Source: Candidatus Daviesbacteria bacterium (GTDB lineage Bacteria > Patescibacteriota > Microgenomatia > Daviesbacterales > UBA10151). From it: 64,000 bases of DNA. The stretch is from assembly GCA_028687915.1 (NCBI GenBank), contig JAQTZF010000001.1, positions 290,634 to 354,633 of the forward strand, read 5' to 3'. Below the pieces are notes generated by a model. It was not told the DNA's origin and did no database searches. It saw nothing but the letters and a program-made list of their open reading frames with translations. This document shows, one piece after another, positions 35,662 to 44,970 of this stretch; within the stretch, counting starts at the first letter, position 1, and each line of letters opens with the position of its first letter. A program made the translations under genes and the position numbers.

Positions 35662-38250
35662 TCAGGTTAGACTCCCTGTGAGCCTATAATTAACGATATA
35701 AGGCAACAGATGATTCCCTGGGCAGTCTGTGGCTGCACCAGAAACCTCATGGTGTCCTAATACATTTTCTTTGGGAATATGGCGTTGCTTTCGAAGATCG
35801 TCTAAGAGTTGCTGTAGTGTGGCAAGCTGCGCTGCTGTCGGGTATTCTGTGTCAAATTCTCCGCATACTACCACTCCGAGAGAGCGGTAGTTCATTTTGT
35901 TCGTGTCGGTGTGCGCTCCAACCTTGTTCTCTGGTCTACCTTCTATCAGTATACCATCTCCATCGAGCGCTCCGCCAATGAATTTATGATAGCCAATGTC
36001 TTCCCAGCCGTAGCCTATATGCGCGTTTTTAATGGTTATGAAATGTGTGCCGTCCCTTGCTGTCGCAGTGTGGTGGACGATGATGTATTCGGGATAGTTT
36101 GCTTTGTCATAAAAGGCTTTGTCCTGCTTAGTTGTTGTGGTTCGTCTTATTTTTTGCCAGGCAATCACCAGCTGCGCTGCCCATTTTCCTGCGCCACCTT
36201 TGCTCCAGTCGACAATATACTTGATGTTTCCGCTGTTGCTGTGTTCGCTCTCGATAACCAGTCCCAGCTTTTGGGTTGCGTCTCCGATCCAACCAGCCCG
36301 ATCCACAATTTCCTGGATGATTTCTTTTAATTCTGGCGATTCGTAGACGCTCTGGGCTGTCCAGTGAACACCTGCTAACACGCCTCCCGACGCTGCTCCC
36401 AGCGCCCACTGTTTTTGTGCGGTGGTCTTTGGTCGCGTGGAAGGTCGGGTGCTGCCGTCGGTGGCGAATACTGCAGCATTGTCTTCCGCGAAACCCTTAA
36501 TAATGAAATTGCACATGCTATTGTTTTGGTTGTCACTGGTCACCAAAAGGCGAGCGAAGACGATCTGCGACCCTTTGGGAATCTGCACAGGGCTGAAAAT
36601 AAAGCCCGCATCGTTGGGTGATTCTTCTGGCGAATATGTGCCATCGTCTCCACAGGTGATCCTGTTTTGAGAATAACCGCTCGGATACCAGACATTGTCT
36701 GGGAGCGCTCGATCTCGATAATCTTCCTCGCCATCGCGATCATTGAGCTGCAGGAAGGAGACATTGACCTCTTTGTCGAAGTAGTAAATCTCCAGCTCGG
36801 CTTTGTCTTCTTCACCGCTTGAGCTATCCCAGCAGGTTTTTGAATTGCCTGCTGTGCTGGTGTCATCCTCGACCACGAATGCCATCGCATTGCCTGCCTT
36901 CCAGTCACTTTGTCTCACCAGTTCCTGGACGACCAGGAGAAGGTTCGGGGTTTGCACCCATTCGTTCATTGTCCACTGTTTATAAATCTCCCAGGAGACG
37001 CTGGTCACTGTCTTTGCCCTAGTGCTGGGTTTGGTGGCGCTATTGAATGGCTTGGTGTCAATTTCCTTAATGCCTTTGATTCTCAGTTTGGTGGTGAATG
37101 CAGTCGCGTCAGTGGTCGCTGCCCTTAATCTCAACCTGGCGAACACAATCGTGGCATTCTTCGGGACATCGACATGGCGGAAGCGGAATGCTCCTGCGTA
37201 GGTTTTGCCTCCGTAATTACCCATTGTGATGATGTGGTTGGTGTTGCCGTCTTTATTCCAGACTCCGTCGCTGTCTTCTTTGCCATCATCGAGATTTTGG
37301 TCGATGATCCTTTTAATTTTGAGGACTTGGTTCTTTGATTTTTCAGTAGGAGTGATCGCTGGCTGGATGAAGTAGCGCAATTCTTTTTCGATCAGATGTT
37401 CGGTGGTGATCCCATACTTGAGCTGTTTTTGGATCGGAGGAGGAGGCGTGACTGTGTATCTCAGGCTTTTGGTTATTTTGGCTGATGCTTTGGCGATGCA
37501 GTATTTGAGACTTTTTGTGATCGCTGCAGGCGTTGTCTTGATGTAGTATTTAAGCTGCTTTTGAATCAGAGAAACTCCTGGAAGATCGATGCGGTAGGTC
37601 AGGCTTTTGGTTACTGCTGCAGGAGTTGAATTGACCGCGTATCTCAACTGCTTCGGGAGATTGTAGGAATTGATCTGTGGTTCGAGATAGTAGGAGAGGG
37701 ACTTTTCGATTTTCGTTGTCGATCCGAGTGTCACATCCAGCTCGGCTGCGTTTGCCTCGCCTGAGTTGTAGTCCCAAATCAGTTCGTAGTTGTTGCCTGG
37801 GCTGCCATTGTTTTCAATGACCAGCCCTATTGCACCACTGAAGCCTTCCTGGTTGACAATTTCCTGAATGATAGTTTTGATGTCGGGTGACTCATACCAG
37901 TTGTTTAATGTCCAATCAGCGCCAGGACTCCATGCTACCGATGCGGTTGTTTTGGCGCGGGTAGAAGGTCGAGACGCTGATCCCCAGGTTGCTGGATCAG
38001 GTTCAAGAATGCCTCTGATAACAAGGACGGGGCGCTTGGTGGAATTGACCGCGCACTTTACTCTTATTTTTGCTGCGAGAATGTTAGCTGCTTCGGCGAT
38101 GCCAGTGTCATCGAATATAAGCCCCACATCACAGTCGCCAGTGCCGTCATGACCGATGGTGGACTGATTGCCTGAGTAGCCGTTAGGATACCAATCTGTG
38201 CCATAATCTTCTTCGCCGTCGTCGGTATTGAGGAGGATTTCTTTGATCAC
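35662..38250 (-). CDS. virion-associated peptidoglycan hydrolase: three tandem copies of a novel ~170-aa domain, a 15-aa-repeat linker and a C-terminal N-acetylmuramoyl-L-alanine amidase (PGRP/amidase_2) domain
   Basis: The C-terminal stretch YIIVHHTAT…GYH…CPG carries the amidase_2 zinc ligands. Three internal paralogous domains each begin D(D)GEEDY…NGY…G. Residues about 180-300 hold 8 copies of K(S/Q)L(K/R)Y.I…. . Confidence 0.7.
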   Translation of the reverse strand: MIKEILLNTDDGEEDYGTDWYPNGYSGNQSTIGHDGTGDCDVGLIFDDTGIAEAANILAAKIRVKCAVNSTKRPVLVIRGILEPDPATWGSASRPSTRAKTTASVAWSPGADWTLNNWYESPDIKTIIQEIVNQEGFSGAIGLVIENNGSPGNNYELIWDYNSGEANAAELDVTLGSTTKIEKSLSYYLEPQINSYNLPKQLRYAVNSTPAAVTKSLTYRIDLPGVSLIQKQLKYYIKTTPAAITKSLKYCIAKASAKITKSLRYTVTPPPPIQKQLKYGITTEHLIEKELRYFIQPAITPTEKSKNQVLKIKRIIDQNLDDGKEDSDGVWNKDGNTNHIITMGNYGGKTYAGAFRFRHVDVPKNATIVFARLRLRAATTDATAFTTKLRIKGIKEIDTKPFNSATKPSTRAKTVTSVSWEIYKQWTMNEWVQTPNLLLVVQELVRQSDWKAGNAMAFVVEDDTSTAGNSKTCWDSSSGEEDKAELEIYYFDKEVNVSFLQLNDRDGEEDYRDRALPDNVWYPSGYSQNRITCGDDGTYSPEESPNDAGFIFSPVQIPKGSQIVFARLLVTSDNQNNSMCNFIIKGFAEDNAAVFATDGSTRPSTRPKTTAQKQWALGAASGGVLAGVHWTAQSVYESPELKEIIQEIVDRAGWIGDATQKLGLVIESEHSNSGNIKYIVDWSKGGAGKWAAQLVIAWQKIRRTTTTKQDKAFYDKANYPEYIIVHHTATARDGTHFITIKNAHIGYGWEDIGYHKFIGGALDGDGILIEGRPENKVGAHTDTNKMNYRSLGVVVCGEFDTEYPTAAQLATLQQLLDDLRKQRHIPKENVLGHHEVSGAATDCPGNHLLPYIVNYRLTGSLT
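37350..37720. repeat. about 45-bp-period tandem coding repeats inside the 862-aa gene
   Basis: Recurring GGCTTTTGGTTA… units encode the 15-aa repeats KSLxYxI…. Confidence 0.5.
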
Positions 38251-38657
38251 TGATCACCACCTCCTTCTTCGTCAATTAAAGCAATGCAGTCGTTTGGGTA
38301 AATACAGATCATTTTCTTGAGGCTTCTGCCTCTGTCGTCTTGAATTTTCCAGCCGAAGAAGTAGAGCTTGATCCAGTCTTTTCGCCCTGCGAGTCTCACA
38401 TTGCGGTAAAAATGGATCAGGTCTGCTTTATTTTGGGGAATAAGAAGGCTGATGCCTTCGGGGTTTTTGTCCGAGACCATCTGGAATGATTCCAGTTGTG
38501 TTTGATCGATCTCTCTGAACTGATGAAAAATGCCAGTGTCGTCTTCGAACTGGCGGAGAATAGTGCCGTCTTTATAATGCGCCACCCATCGCCAGCGCTC
38601 GCGCTTGACGATTTCGGTTTTGCCTGTTTCTGGTCTGGTAAAAGTAAATGTTTGCAT
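38247..38657 (-). CDS. hypothetical protein
   Basis: 136-aa ORF. Its start is translationally coupled to the upstream gene's stop. Confidence 0.45.
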   Translation of the reverse strand: MQTFTFTRPETGKTEIVKRERWRWVAHYKDGTILRQFEDDTGIFHQFREIDQTQLESFQMVSDKNPEGISLLIPQNKADLIHFYRNVRLAGRKDWIKLYFFGWKIQDDRGRSLKKMICIYPNDCIALIDEEGGGDQ

Positions 38658-38718
38658 TGTATTGCTAGAAGGCGCATTGTATTGCGCTTTTTTCTTTTAA
38701 TTTCTCGATCCCTGGCTT

Positions 38719-39222
38719 TTATGCCACCTCGTCATACTGATAATTCAGTGTGCTGGTTGAGCCTGCCACATCGCCCGCGTCTGTTTGCATCTGATGCACT
38801 AAGTAGTCGGAATAACCAGCTGCTGTCAATTCGCCTGCGAGAGACCCTCCGATGCCTAAGTTTGCCGTTGCTGGCTCGCTTGATGGCATCACTTGGTCAG
38901 CTACTGTGGAGAGGTCATCTGTCGGGGTCGCGAAGGCTTCAGCGCCACCATATGAAGCTGTCCTGGCGTTGGTCTTGTGTGCTGCAGCGCCTCCTAGTGC
39001 GCCTGTTCTCCACACCTTCAAGTTGTGAATCTTTGACGATCCACCCATTGCCGTGACTTCCAGCTTCTGCCATTTCTCAAAGGAATTCTCCCCTGGGACG
39101 ATAGGGTTGGCGACTGGGTCGAGGTTGGCTTGATCGACACTACCCATATCGGTATCACCGATGTTCGTAGTCTCGGTTGCGCCAGCTCCGTTATATTCGT
39201 TTATTCTTACTGATGCTGCCAT
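38719..39222 (-). CDS. hypothetical virion protein
   Basis: 167-aa ORF. Confidence 0.45.
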   Translation of the reverse strand: MAASVRINEYNGAGATETTNIGDTDMGSVDQANLDPVANPIVPGENSFEKWQKLEVTAMGGSSKIHNLKVWRTGALGGAAAHKTNARTASYGGAEAFATPTDDLSTVADQVMPSSEPATANLGIGGSLAGELTAAGYSDYLVHQMQTDAGDVAGSTSTLNYQYDEVA

Positions 39223-39233
39223 AGTTTTTTTAT

Positions 39234-39512
39234 TTAATGTCGAGGAGGTCTAGCTCCTTTTTTTTCTGGGACATCGAGCTTGATGTTATATCTGGCGTTG
39301 GCTTTCATTCCGATCACACCCATGATCTTTCGAAGTGCCATGATCGTGCTGCCTGCCTTGCCAATCACTAAGCCCGCATCTTTTTCGTCAAGTTTGACTA
39401 AAAGAAGCACTCCCATCTCGTCGACTTTGCGCTCAACTGTCACTTTCTCTGGCTCGTCAACAAAGGCTTTTATGATTTGCTCTAATAATGTTGCGTCTGT
39501 GCTTTCTTGCAT
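39234..39512 (-). CDS. KH-domain (KhpA/YlqC-like) RNA-binding protein
   Basis: 92 aa with a GxxG loop in LVIGKAGSTIMALRKIMG, typical of type-II KH domains. Confidence 0.5.
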   Translation of the reverse strand: MQESTDATLLEQIIKAFVDEPEKVTVERKVDEMGVLLLVKLDEKDAGLVIGKAGSTIMALRKIMGVIGMKANARYNIKLDVPEKKGARPPRH

Positions 39513-39542
39513 TCTGTTTTCACCTCCTTTAGGTTTTTAATT

Positions 39543-40130
39543 TTATAAATCTGGTTCTAGTGTCAATATCAGCTGGGCTGCGTTGGCTGCCCCACTGTTA
39601 AAGTCATAGATATTTTCGTAATTGTTTGCTGGACTGCTGTTGTCCTCGATCACCAGCCCGATTGCCTTATTCGTGAATTCTGTCTGATCGATAATTTCCT
39701 GAATGATTGCCTTAATGTCAGGGCTTTCATACCAGGTGTTTTGCACCCAGTCTGCTCCAGGAATCCAGGCTACTGTCGCTGTCGTTTTCGGTTGCTGTGA
39801 TGGTCGGTGAGTGGCGTCGAAACTCAAGGTGCTGGTTTGCTTAATCCCTTTGATGATCAGGTTGGGTCGCTTGGTTGAATTGACGGCTGATTTCACTCTC
39901 AACTTGGCACTGGTGATCTTCACATTGTTGGGGAGTAGAGGTCTTAAGAACCTGAACCCTGCATCGTTGCTGCCAGTATTGTCATTACCCATCGAAATCT
40001 GGTTACTTCCGTAACCATTCGGGTAGAAAGTTGTGTCGTAGTCTTCCTCGCCGTCATCTGAGTTGACGATGATTCTGAGCTTCGAAAACATCCTTCTTAT
40101 GTTGACTAGCGATGGTTTGAATTTAGACAT
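39543..40130 (-). CDS. stand-alone copy of the ~170-aa repeat domain found three times in the 862-aa protein
   Basis: 195 aa. Aligns by eye along its full length to the 862-aa protein's domain 1 (DDGEEDYDTTFYPNGYG…WYESPDIKAIIQEI…). Confidence 0.55.
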   Translation of the reverse strand: MSKFKPSLVNIRRMFSKLRIIVNSDDGEEDYDTTFYPNGYGSNQISMGNDNTGSNDAGFRFLRPLLPNNVKITSAKLRVKSAVNSTKRPNLIIKGIKQTSTLSFDATHRPSQQPKTTATVAWIPGADWVQNTWYESPDIKAIIQEIIDQTEFTNKAIGLVIEDNSSPANNYENIYDFNSGAANAAQLILTLEPDL

Positions 40131-40136
40131 AGTTTT

Positions 40137-40427
40137 TTATTGCTCTGCTATAATTTCGACGACCTGCGCTGCGACGCTAGAACTTAGGACGACCTGGGTC
40201 GTGCCTTTGATTCGCAGACTCACGCTATCTCCTGGATTATCCAGGGTGAATGGCGCTGCCTTGCTCGTTGCGTCGTCATGAGCGACTAAAATCGCGCCAG
40301 TGTTTCCTGCTTTCGACTTGATAACCACTTCGCATCCCTCACCGACGGACATTTCAGGCAATGGATACCATGTGCCTGCGTTAGTCAGCGTTAAATTAGC
40401 TGTAGTAAATAAAGGTCTACTGTTCAT
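40137..40427 (-). CDS. hypothetical protein
   Basis: 96-aa ORF. Confidence 0.4.
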   Translation of the reverse strand: MNSRPLFTTANLTLTNAGTWYPLPEMSVGEGCEVVIKSKAGNTGAILVAHDDATSKAAPFTLDNPGDSVSLRIKGTTQVVLSSSVAAQVVEIIAEQ

Positions 40428-40443
40428 ATTTTTTTAAGCCTTA

Positions 40444-41040
40444 TTAAAATTTCGGCTGATCAGCTGTGCTTCTGATTCCTGAGACTGCTTTTGGCTTATC
40501 CGAATCTTCAGCTTGTCCTTTGGCTGCCATCTCTTTCTTAGTTACCGCTGCTTCTCTGGCTGCGAGTTCTTTCTCGCGCTGCTCAAGGTCTTTATACTGC
40601 GCTGCAATCAATTCATTGCTGGCTTTACCTTGATCTTTTCTGTTGATCTTAGTGAAAGCATTGCCGTTGTTGGCGTGGTTATCTAGGAACTCGATCTCAT
40701 CTGGATCGCTGGTTCGGTAGACACCCTCATGAAATTGGATCGAAGACCCTGGGACTGTGATAATTCTGCCGTTCACCTCTTTGGTGTAGGACGACCTATT
40801 CACCAGTCGCAATTCGAGATACTTCGAGATATAGACTTCTTGCTGCGGTTTTTCGCTTTTGGCTGATTTCTCAGTTTTTGGTTTGTCTTTAGGCATATTT
40901 TCACCCCCTTCCTGGGCTTCCTTAAGACGAGCGATTAACTCGTCCTTTTTCCCATCTTTCGGCACGCCGAGTTTCTTGGCTTCCGCCCAGAGTTCTGGCA
41001 TAGACATTTCTTCTAATGTTTTATTTTCTGTGTCGCTCAT
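40444..41040 (-). CDS. hypothetical protein with N-terminal HeH/SAP-like motif
   Basis: MPELWAEAKKLGVPKDGKKDELIARL resembles a Rho-N/SAP helix-extension-helix motif. Charged coiled coil follows. Confidence 0.4.
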   Translation of the reverse strand: MSDTENKTLEEMSMPELWAEAKKLGVPKDGKKDELIARLKEAQEGGENMPKDKPKTEKSAKSEKPQQEVYISKYLELRLVNRSSYTKEVNGRIITVPGSSIQFHEGVYRTSDPDEIEFLDNHANNGNAFTKINRKDQGKASNELIAAQYKDLEQREKELAAREAAVTKKEMAAKGQAEDSDKPKAVSGIRSTADQPKF

Positions 41041-41209
41041 CTTTTGTCACCTTCTTTCATTTTTTAATTTATAATTTCGATTTTCCTTTTTAAGGTTGCC
41101 AGAGTGATTACGCTCACCCCTGGCTTAAGCGACTGCACTGAGTAATAAAGTGTGCAATGACTTCAGTTTTCGAATCCTTTTAGGCATAGCTTTCCTTTCA
41201 ATTTTTAAC

Positions 41210-42397
41210 TTAGAGTGCGCCCATGCTCATGATGGCGTGACGACTCGTTTGTTCCATTTGCAATCCAACTTCGCTCAAATACTCATCGACCTGGCTATCT
41301 TCTCCATTCGCCTGACGATTGGTCAGGAGTTTGGTGTCTCGGTTACTGAGGTAGCGGTAGGTCAGACATTCCATATCAAGTCCGATGGCGTAGTTCCCAT
41401 AGGTCGTTCCAGTCAATAGCGGATGCTTGATGATATGCACTGTGCCGTGTGGCGAGTTGTAAGTCACAATCCTAAGCCCGTAGGCTTTGTCTGCTGCCAT
41501 TACTTGGAGTTTCCCTTTCGCCCATCCATTGATCATCGAGACCACTGCTGCCGATGAGAAAAGATACTTCTCTGAATTTCCGTGTGCGAACAAGCTCTCC
41601 AACCATGTCTCAAACTCTGCTTCCGTGTCTACATTCGCGGTAGAGTAGGTAGTTATCCTGCTCAAAATACCTGCTGTGAAGCGTTTCGGATGCGTTCCAC
41701 TGGTTACGATTCCTCTCTTTCCGAATAAGAATGCTCGCTCAATATCGATCATGTGTTCGATACCTTTCTTGCGTCTCTGATAGTCAAAGTCATTTTCCTT
41801 CGTCCACATCTTGCTGTTCTTGGCTGTTTCAGTGATACCGATTGGCGTTCTGAAGATTTGGGCATATCCGTAGACTTCTGCTGCTAGGGTCGACTTGATG
41901 GCTCTCAAGGTCGCACCTTCCTCATTCACATTTCCGATCAACCAAACATCGCCTGCTGCGGATGCAGCTGCGCCTGTTGCCCCTCCTAACTCTGCTCCTA
42001 CCACGACTGTATCGACATCGGTTACCGATTGCACTTCAAATACCCATTTCTGCGCTGCGACCATGATCACATCTCCTGCCTGGAGATACTGAGTTTGTGC
42101 TGTCAAGGTCAAGTTGCCTCCGTCTGGGTCGACATTTCCTGAACCTGTGAGTTGTCTCTTTCCGAATTCGTCTTCAAACCACTTAAATTGAGGATCGATT
42201 GTCTCGACCTTTTTCATGGCTTTGCCCTGTTTCGTCACTGGGTCTTTCCCCGCGTTGGTCAATATCGCTAAAAGCGGATACTGATTGACATCCAAAAGCG
42301 AAATGACATCTGCGACATCGTATTTACGAGTCGGCATTGCCGTCGCTGACGCTGGTGCTGTGTTTGTTCCTCTGATTCCTGTTGCTGATGCTGACAT
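41210..42397 (-). CDS. major capsid protein candidate
   Basis: 395 aa. Lies immediately downstream of an acidic scaffold-like gene. Size and position fit an HK97-fold MCP. No direct sequence match could be verified. Confidence 0.5.
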   Translation of the reverse strand: MSASATGIRGTNTAPASATAMPTRKYDVADVISLLDVNQYPLLAILTNAGKDPVTKQGKAMKKVETIDPQFKWFEDEFGKRQLTGSGNVDPDGGNLTLTAQTQYLQAGDVIMVAAQKWVFEVQSVTDVDTVVVGAELGGATGAAASAAGDVWLIGNVNEEGATLRAIKSTLAAEVYGYAQIFRTPIGITETAKNSKMWTKENDFDYQRRKKGIEHMIDIERAFLFGKRGIVTSGTHPKRFTAGILSRITTYSTANVDTEAEFETWLESLFAHGNSEKYLFSSAAVVSMINGWAKGKLQVMAADKAYGLRIVTYNSPHGTVHIIKHPLLTGTTYGNYAIGLDMECLTYRYLSNRDTKLLTNRQANGEDSQVDEYLSEVGLQMEQTSRHAIMSMGAL

Positions 42398-42444
42398 ATA
42401 TTTTTTTCACCCCCTTTCTTTTTTAATAACTATAGGGGGGGTTA

Positions 42445-43287
42445 TTAAATTCCTAACCCTCCTAGAGGGCTGTTTTGACCGCTACCTCCGAGAGCTTTCT
42501 GGATGCGTTGTGATTCGGCATCCGAGCCGTCGGGTTTAGTCGGAGCGCCCGCTCCGCTCTCCACTTGAGCCTTTGCTTTTTTGAGGCGGCTCTTTTCCTC
42601 ATCTGATAATTGTTCAGATTCACCTTCACCCTTGCCCTTGTTTTTGCCTAAGAAGGCATCAACTTGAAGGCAAGCGTCTTTGAGAGGTATGACAGTGCCT
42701 TTGGCACTGGCTGCCTCGATAATGGCTAATACCATTTTTCTGTAATCGGGATCGCCGAGATTGTGTTCTTTCTTTGCGTCAGCGATCTCTTTGCGAACTG
42801 CACTTTGCACTTTGCTCTGACTCTCTATGGTCTTTTTGACCCCTTCGTCGATTCGAGAGAGAACCCATTTTGCAAAATCGGATGGTGTCATTTTCTGCAG
42901 TTCTTCGGCTGTTGGGACAGTGAGTTCGTCTTCTTCCTTATCTTTGTTTTTATCCTTATCGTCGCCCTCGTCGTCTTTACCTTTGCCCTTCGCAGCATCG
43001 GCGTTTGCCTTGCGCTGGTCTTTGAGCATTTTGATGACTTCTTCGCGGGATTTACCTTTGAATTCGTCCTCCTCGCCTTCGTCAGAACCCTCACCCTCAC
43101 CCTCGCCTTCACCTTCGCCGTTTTCGTTTTCTTCCTGACCCTCGCCCTCACCACCCTTATTTTCTTCTTCGCCTTCCTTGCCTTTGTTCTCGTCCTCATT
43201 TTCACCACCCTCATCCGCGCCCTCATCAGGCTCGTTTAAGAGTTTCTCTAATTCTGTTTGTTCTTCTTTGTTTTTATCTTCTGGCAT
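42445..43287 (-). CDS. scaffolding protein candidate (highly acidic, Glu/Gly-rich)
   Basis: 280 aa with (GEGE)n low-complexity and poly-acidic tracts. Lies between the portal and capsid genes. Confidence 0.5.
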   Translation of the reverse strand: MPEDKNKEEQTELEKLLNEPDEGADEGGENEDENKGKEGEEENKGGEGEGQEENENGEGEGEGEGEGSDEGEEDEFKGKSREEVIKMLKDQRKANADAAKGKGKDDEGDDKDKNKDKEEDELTVPTAEELQKMTPSDFAKWVLSRIDEGVKKTIESQSKVQSAVRKEIADAKKEHNLGDPDYRKMVLAIIEAASAKGTVIPLKDACLQVDAFLGKNKGKGEGESEQLSDEEKSRLKKAKAQVESGAGAPTKPDGSDAESQRIQKALGGSGQNSPLGGLGI

Positions 43288-43298
43288 AGTTTTTTACC

Positions 43299-43514
43299 TC
43301 ATTTTGATAACTGTTTGCTAAATTCTTTTGACCTAGTTATCGATACTTTGCAGACCTTGATGGCTGCAGTCTTTTTGTCTTCTCCAGCTTTCGGCTTAAA
43401 ATCTGGGTCTGCCATTAAGCGCTTCACACAGGCATCGATGCTGGCATCGACTTTTTGCCCTGTCTTTGTGCCTTCCTCCCATTTTTTTGTTTTACCTTTT
43501 ATTCCGAATGGCAT
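43299..43514 (-). CDS. hypothetical small protein
   Basis: 71-aa ORF. Confidence 0.35.
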   Translation of the reverse strand: MPFGIKGKTKKWEEGTKTGQKVDASIDACVKRLMADPDFKPKAGEDKKTAAIKVCKVSITRSKEFSKQLSK

Positions 43515-43520
43515 AGTTTT

Positions 43521-43841
43521 TTATTCTTCGGCGGTGTCGGAGGGGAGAGCAATGCCTCCCTCGTTCTCACCGAGACCTCCTAATTTGATCTCGCCGTCAA
43601 GGACTCCCTGTAGAACTTCTACTAAGTCCTTGAGTGCAGTATCAAAACTAACTAACTTTTCGTCTTTGTTAGCGTCCCAACCTCCGCAGTAGGCTTGCCT
43701 GGCTGCTGATACGGCATCTTCGACAATGTGCCATTTCTTGCGTCTGTCTTCTTTTGCCTGGTCTTTCTTAAACTTGGCAAGCACCACATTGTCGGTGGTG
43801 TTTTTTTCCTCTGGTTTTTTATTTTTGTTTTCGTCTGCCAT
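43521..43841 (-). CDS. hypothetical protein
   Basis: 106-aa ORF. Confidence 0.4.
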   Translation of the reverse strand: MADENKNKKPEEKNTTDNVVLAKFKKDQAKEDRRKKWHIVEDAVSAARQAYCGGWDANKDEKLVSFDTALKDLVEVLQGVLDGEIKLGGLGENEGGIALPSDTAEE

Positions 43842-43845
43842 ATTT

Positions 43846-44100
43846 TTATTGATTCCTGACGGCTTCGGCTGCTTCGACTTTTTCTTTCTGTGCAGTCTCT
43901 ACCATGCTTAGAACTTTGTTATAAGCCTTGATCGCTCCTCGGTGTTCTTTTATTTCGTTGTCGGGACAGTCGAGGAGGTCGTCTGTCTCGATCTTTGCTT
44001 CTGCTTCGATCTGACTTTTAATGATCTGCCAGCCTTCTGTCTGGGTCATTTCCCAGACTCGCTGTCCTTGCTCTAGTTTTTCCTCATTCGTTTTGCTCAT
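43846..44100 (-). CDS. hypothetical small protein
   Basis: 84-aa ORF. Confidence 0.4.
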   Translation of the reverse strand: MSKTNEEKLEQGQRVWEMTQTEGWQIIKSQIEAEAKIETDDLLDCPDNEIKEHRGAIKAYNKVLSMVETAQKEKVEAAEAVRNQ

Positions 44101-44105
44101 AGCGT

Positions 44106-44405
44106 TTAAGCTGCTGGCGCTTCTTCAGGCGCTGGCGTTGCTGGCAATTCCATTTCTGGCTGCCCTTGTCCTAGTCCACCCATTCCTTGCGTCTCGGCGT
44201 TTTTAATATCGGTCAGCGTTGCTGTCAAACTATCCAGAACATTCACTAAGGTCGCGCCCTTTGTGAGGTAAGCTGTCTTCGCTGCGGTATAAACCGCCTC
44301 GATCTTCGCCCAGGTTGCCTGTTTATTTTCAACAGGTGCTTTCTTCAAGCTCGCCTGTGGCGTTGCTGGTGCTTGAGCCTCTGGTTGTGTGTTAATGTCT
44401 GGCAT
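44106..44405 (-). CDS. hypothetical protein
   Basis: Trimmed to the Met (MPDIN…) that avoids overlap with the upstream gene. Confidence 0.35.
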   Translation of the reverse strand: MPDINTQPEAQAPATPQASLKKAPVENKQATWAKIEAVYTAAKTAYLTKGATLVNVLDSLTATLTDIKNAETQGMGGLGQGQPEMELPATPAPEEAPAA

Positions 44406-44409
44406 AGTT

Positions 44410-44823
44410 TTATACGACTGGGAATGGCTTCTGGGCATTCCACAAAATTGCTCCAATAAATATCTCAGCTGATGGTGTTGCTCCTGGTGTCGTCATGGTT
44501 ACGACAGCTCTCAGGTATCTCTTGGTTCTCTCGATCTCCATTTTGTAGGAAGTATCTTGGGCGACAGTGATCTCCGCTCCGCCTGGAGCTACAGTGTTTC
44601 CTGTTGCAAAGGTTGAGCTGTCTGATTCTTCAATTTTTACTTTGGTGGTAGCTTGTGAGCCTAGATTTCCGATTTCTACATTTACGAGAGCGGTGTCGAA
44701 GTGAGAGCCTACATTTTCCTGGGTATCGACTGCAGAGCCGTTTGCTGAATCAGCAAGAGTCTGAACGGGGAGAAGTTGTTTGATTTGAATGTTTTGTCCT
44801 AGTGATTTCATATTTTTATTCAC
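44410..44823 (-). CDS. hypothetical protein (possible head decoration or minor capsid protein)
   Basis: 137-aa ORF downstream of the portal gene. Confidence 0.4.
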   Translation of the reverse strand: MNKNMKSLGQNIQIKQLLPVQTLADSANGSAVDTQENVGSHFDTALVNVEIGNLGSQATTKVKIEESDSSTFATGNTVAPGGAEITVAQDTSYKMEIERTKRYLRAVVTMTTPGATPSAEIFIGAILWNAQKPFPVV

Positions 44824-44970
44824 CTCCTAAGCCAACAAAAAAGGGGCTGCAACTTCTAAACACACGCATCTGCGTATATTCAGAAGTCACAGCCCCGATA
44901 AATTCGTTAGGCTTTTTCTTCTACTTAACTATTTCATTGTAATAAAGTCCTTGACCCTTTGTCAAGTGAT

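Noticed and set aside
37350-37720. Tandem about 45-bp repeats that could be mistaken for a CRISPR-like array
   Set aside because: The units are contiguous with no unique spacers and are in-frame coding repeats of the 862-aa protein. No cas genes are present. No CRISPR array exists in the window.
42888-43226. Lys/Arg-rich 112-aa ORF inside the scaffold gene
   Set aside because: It is an alternative frame of the Glu/Gly-rich scaffold gene (GAG/GGC repeats read as AAG/CGC-type codons) and has no independent support.
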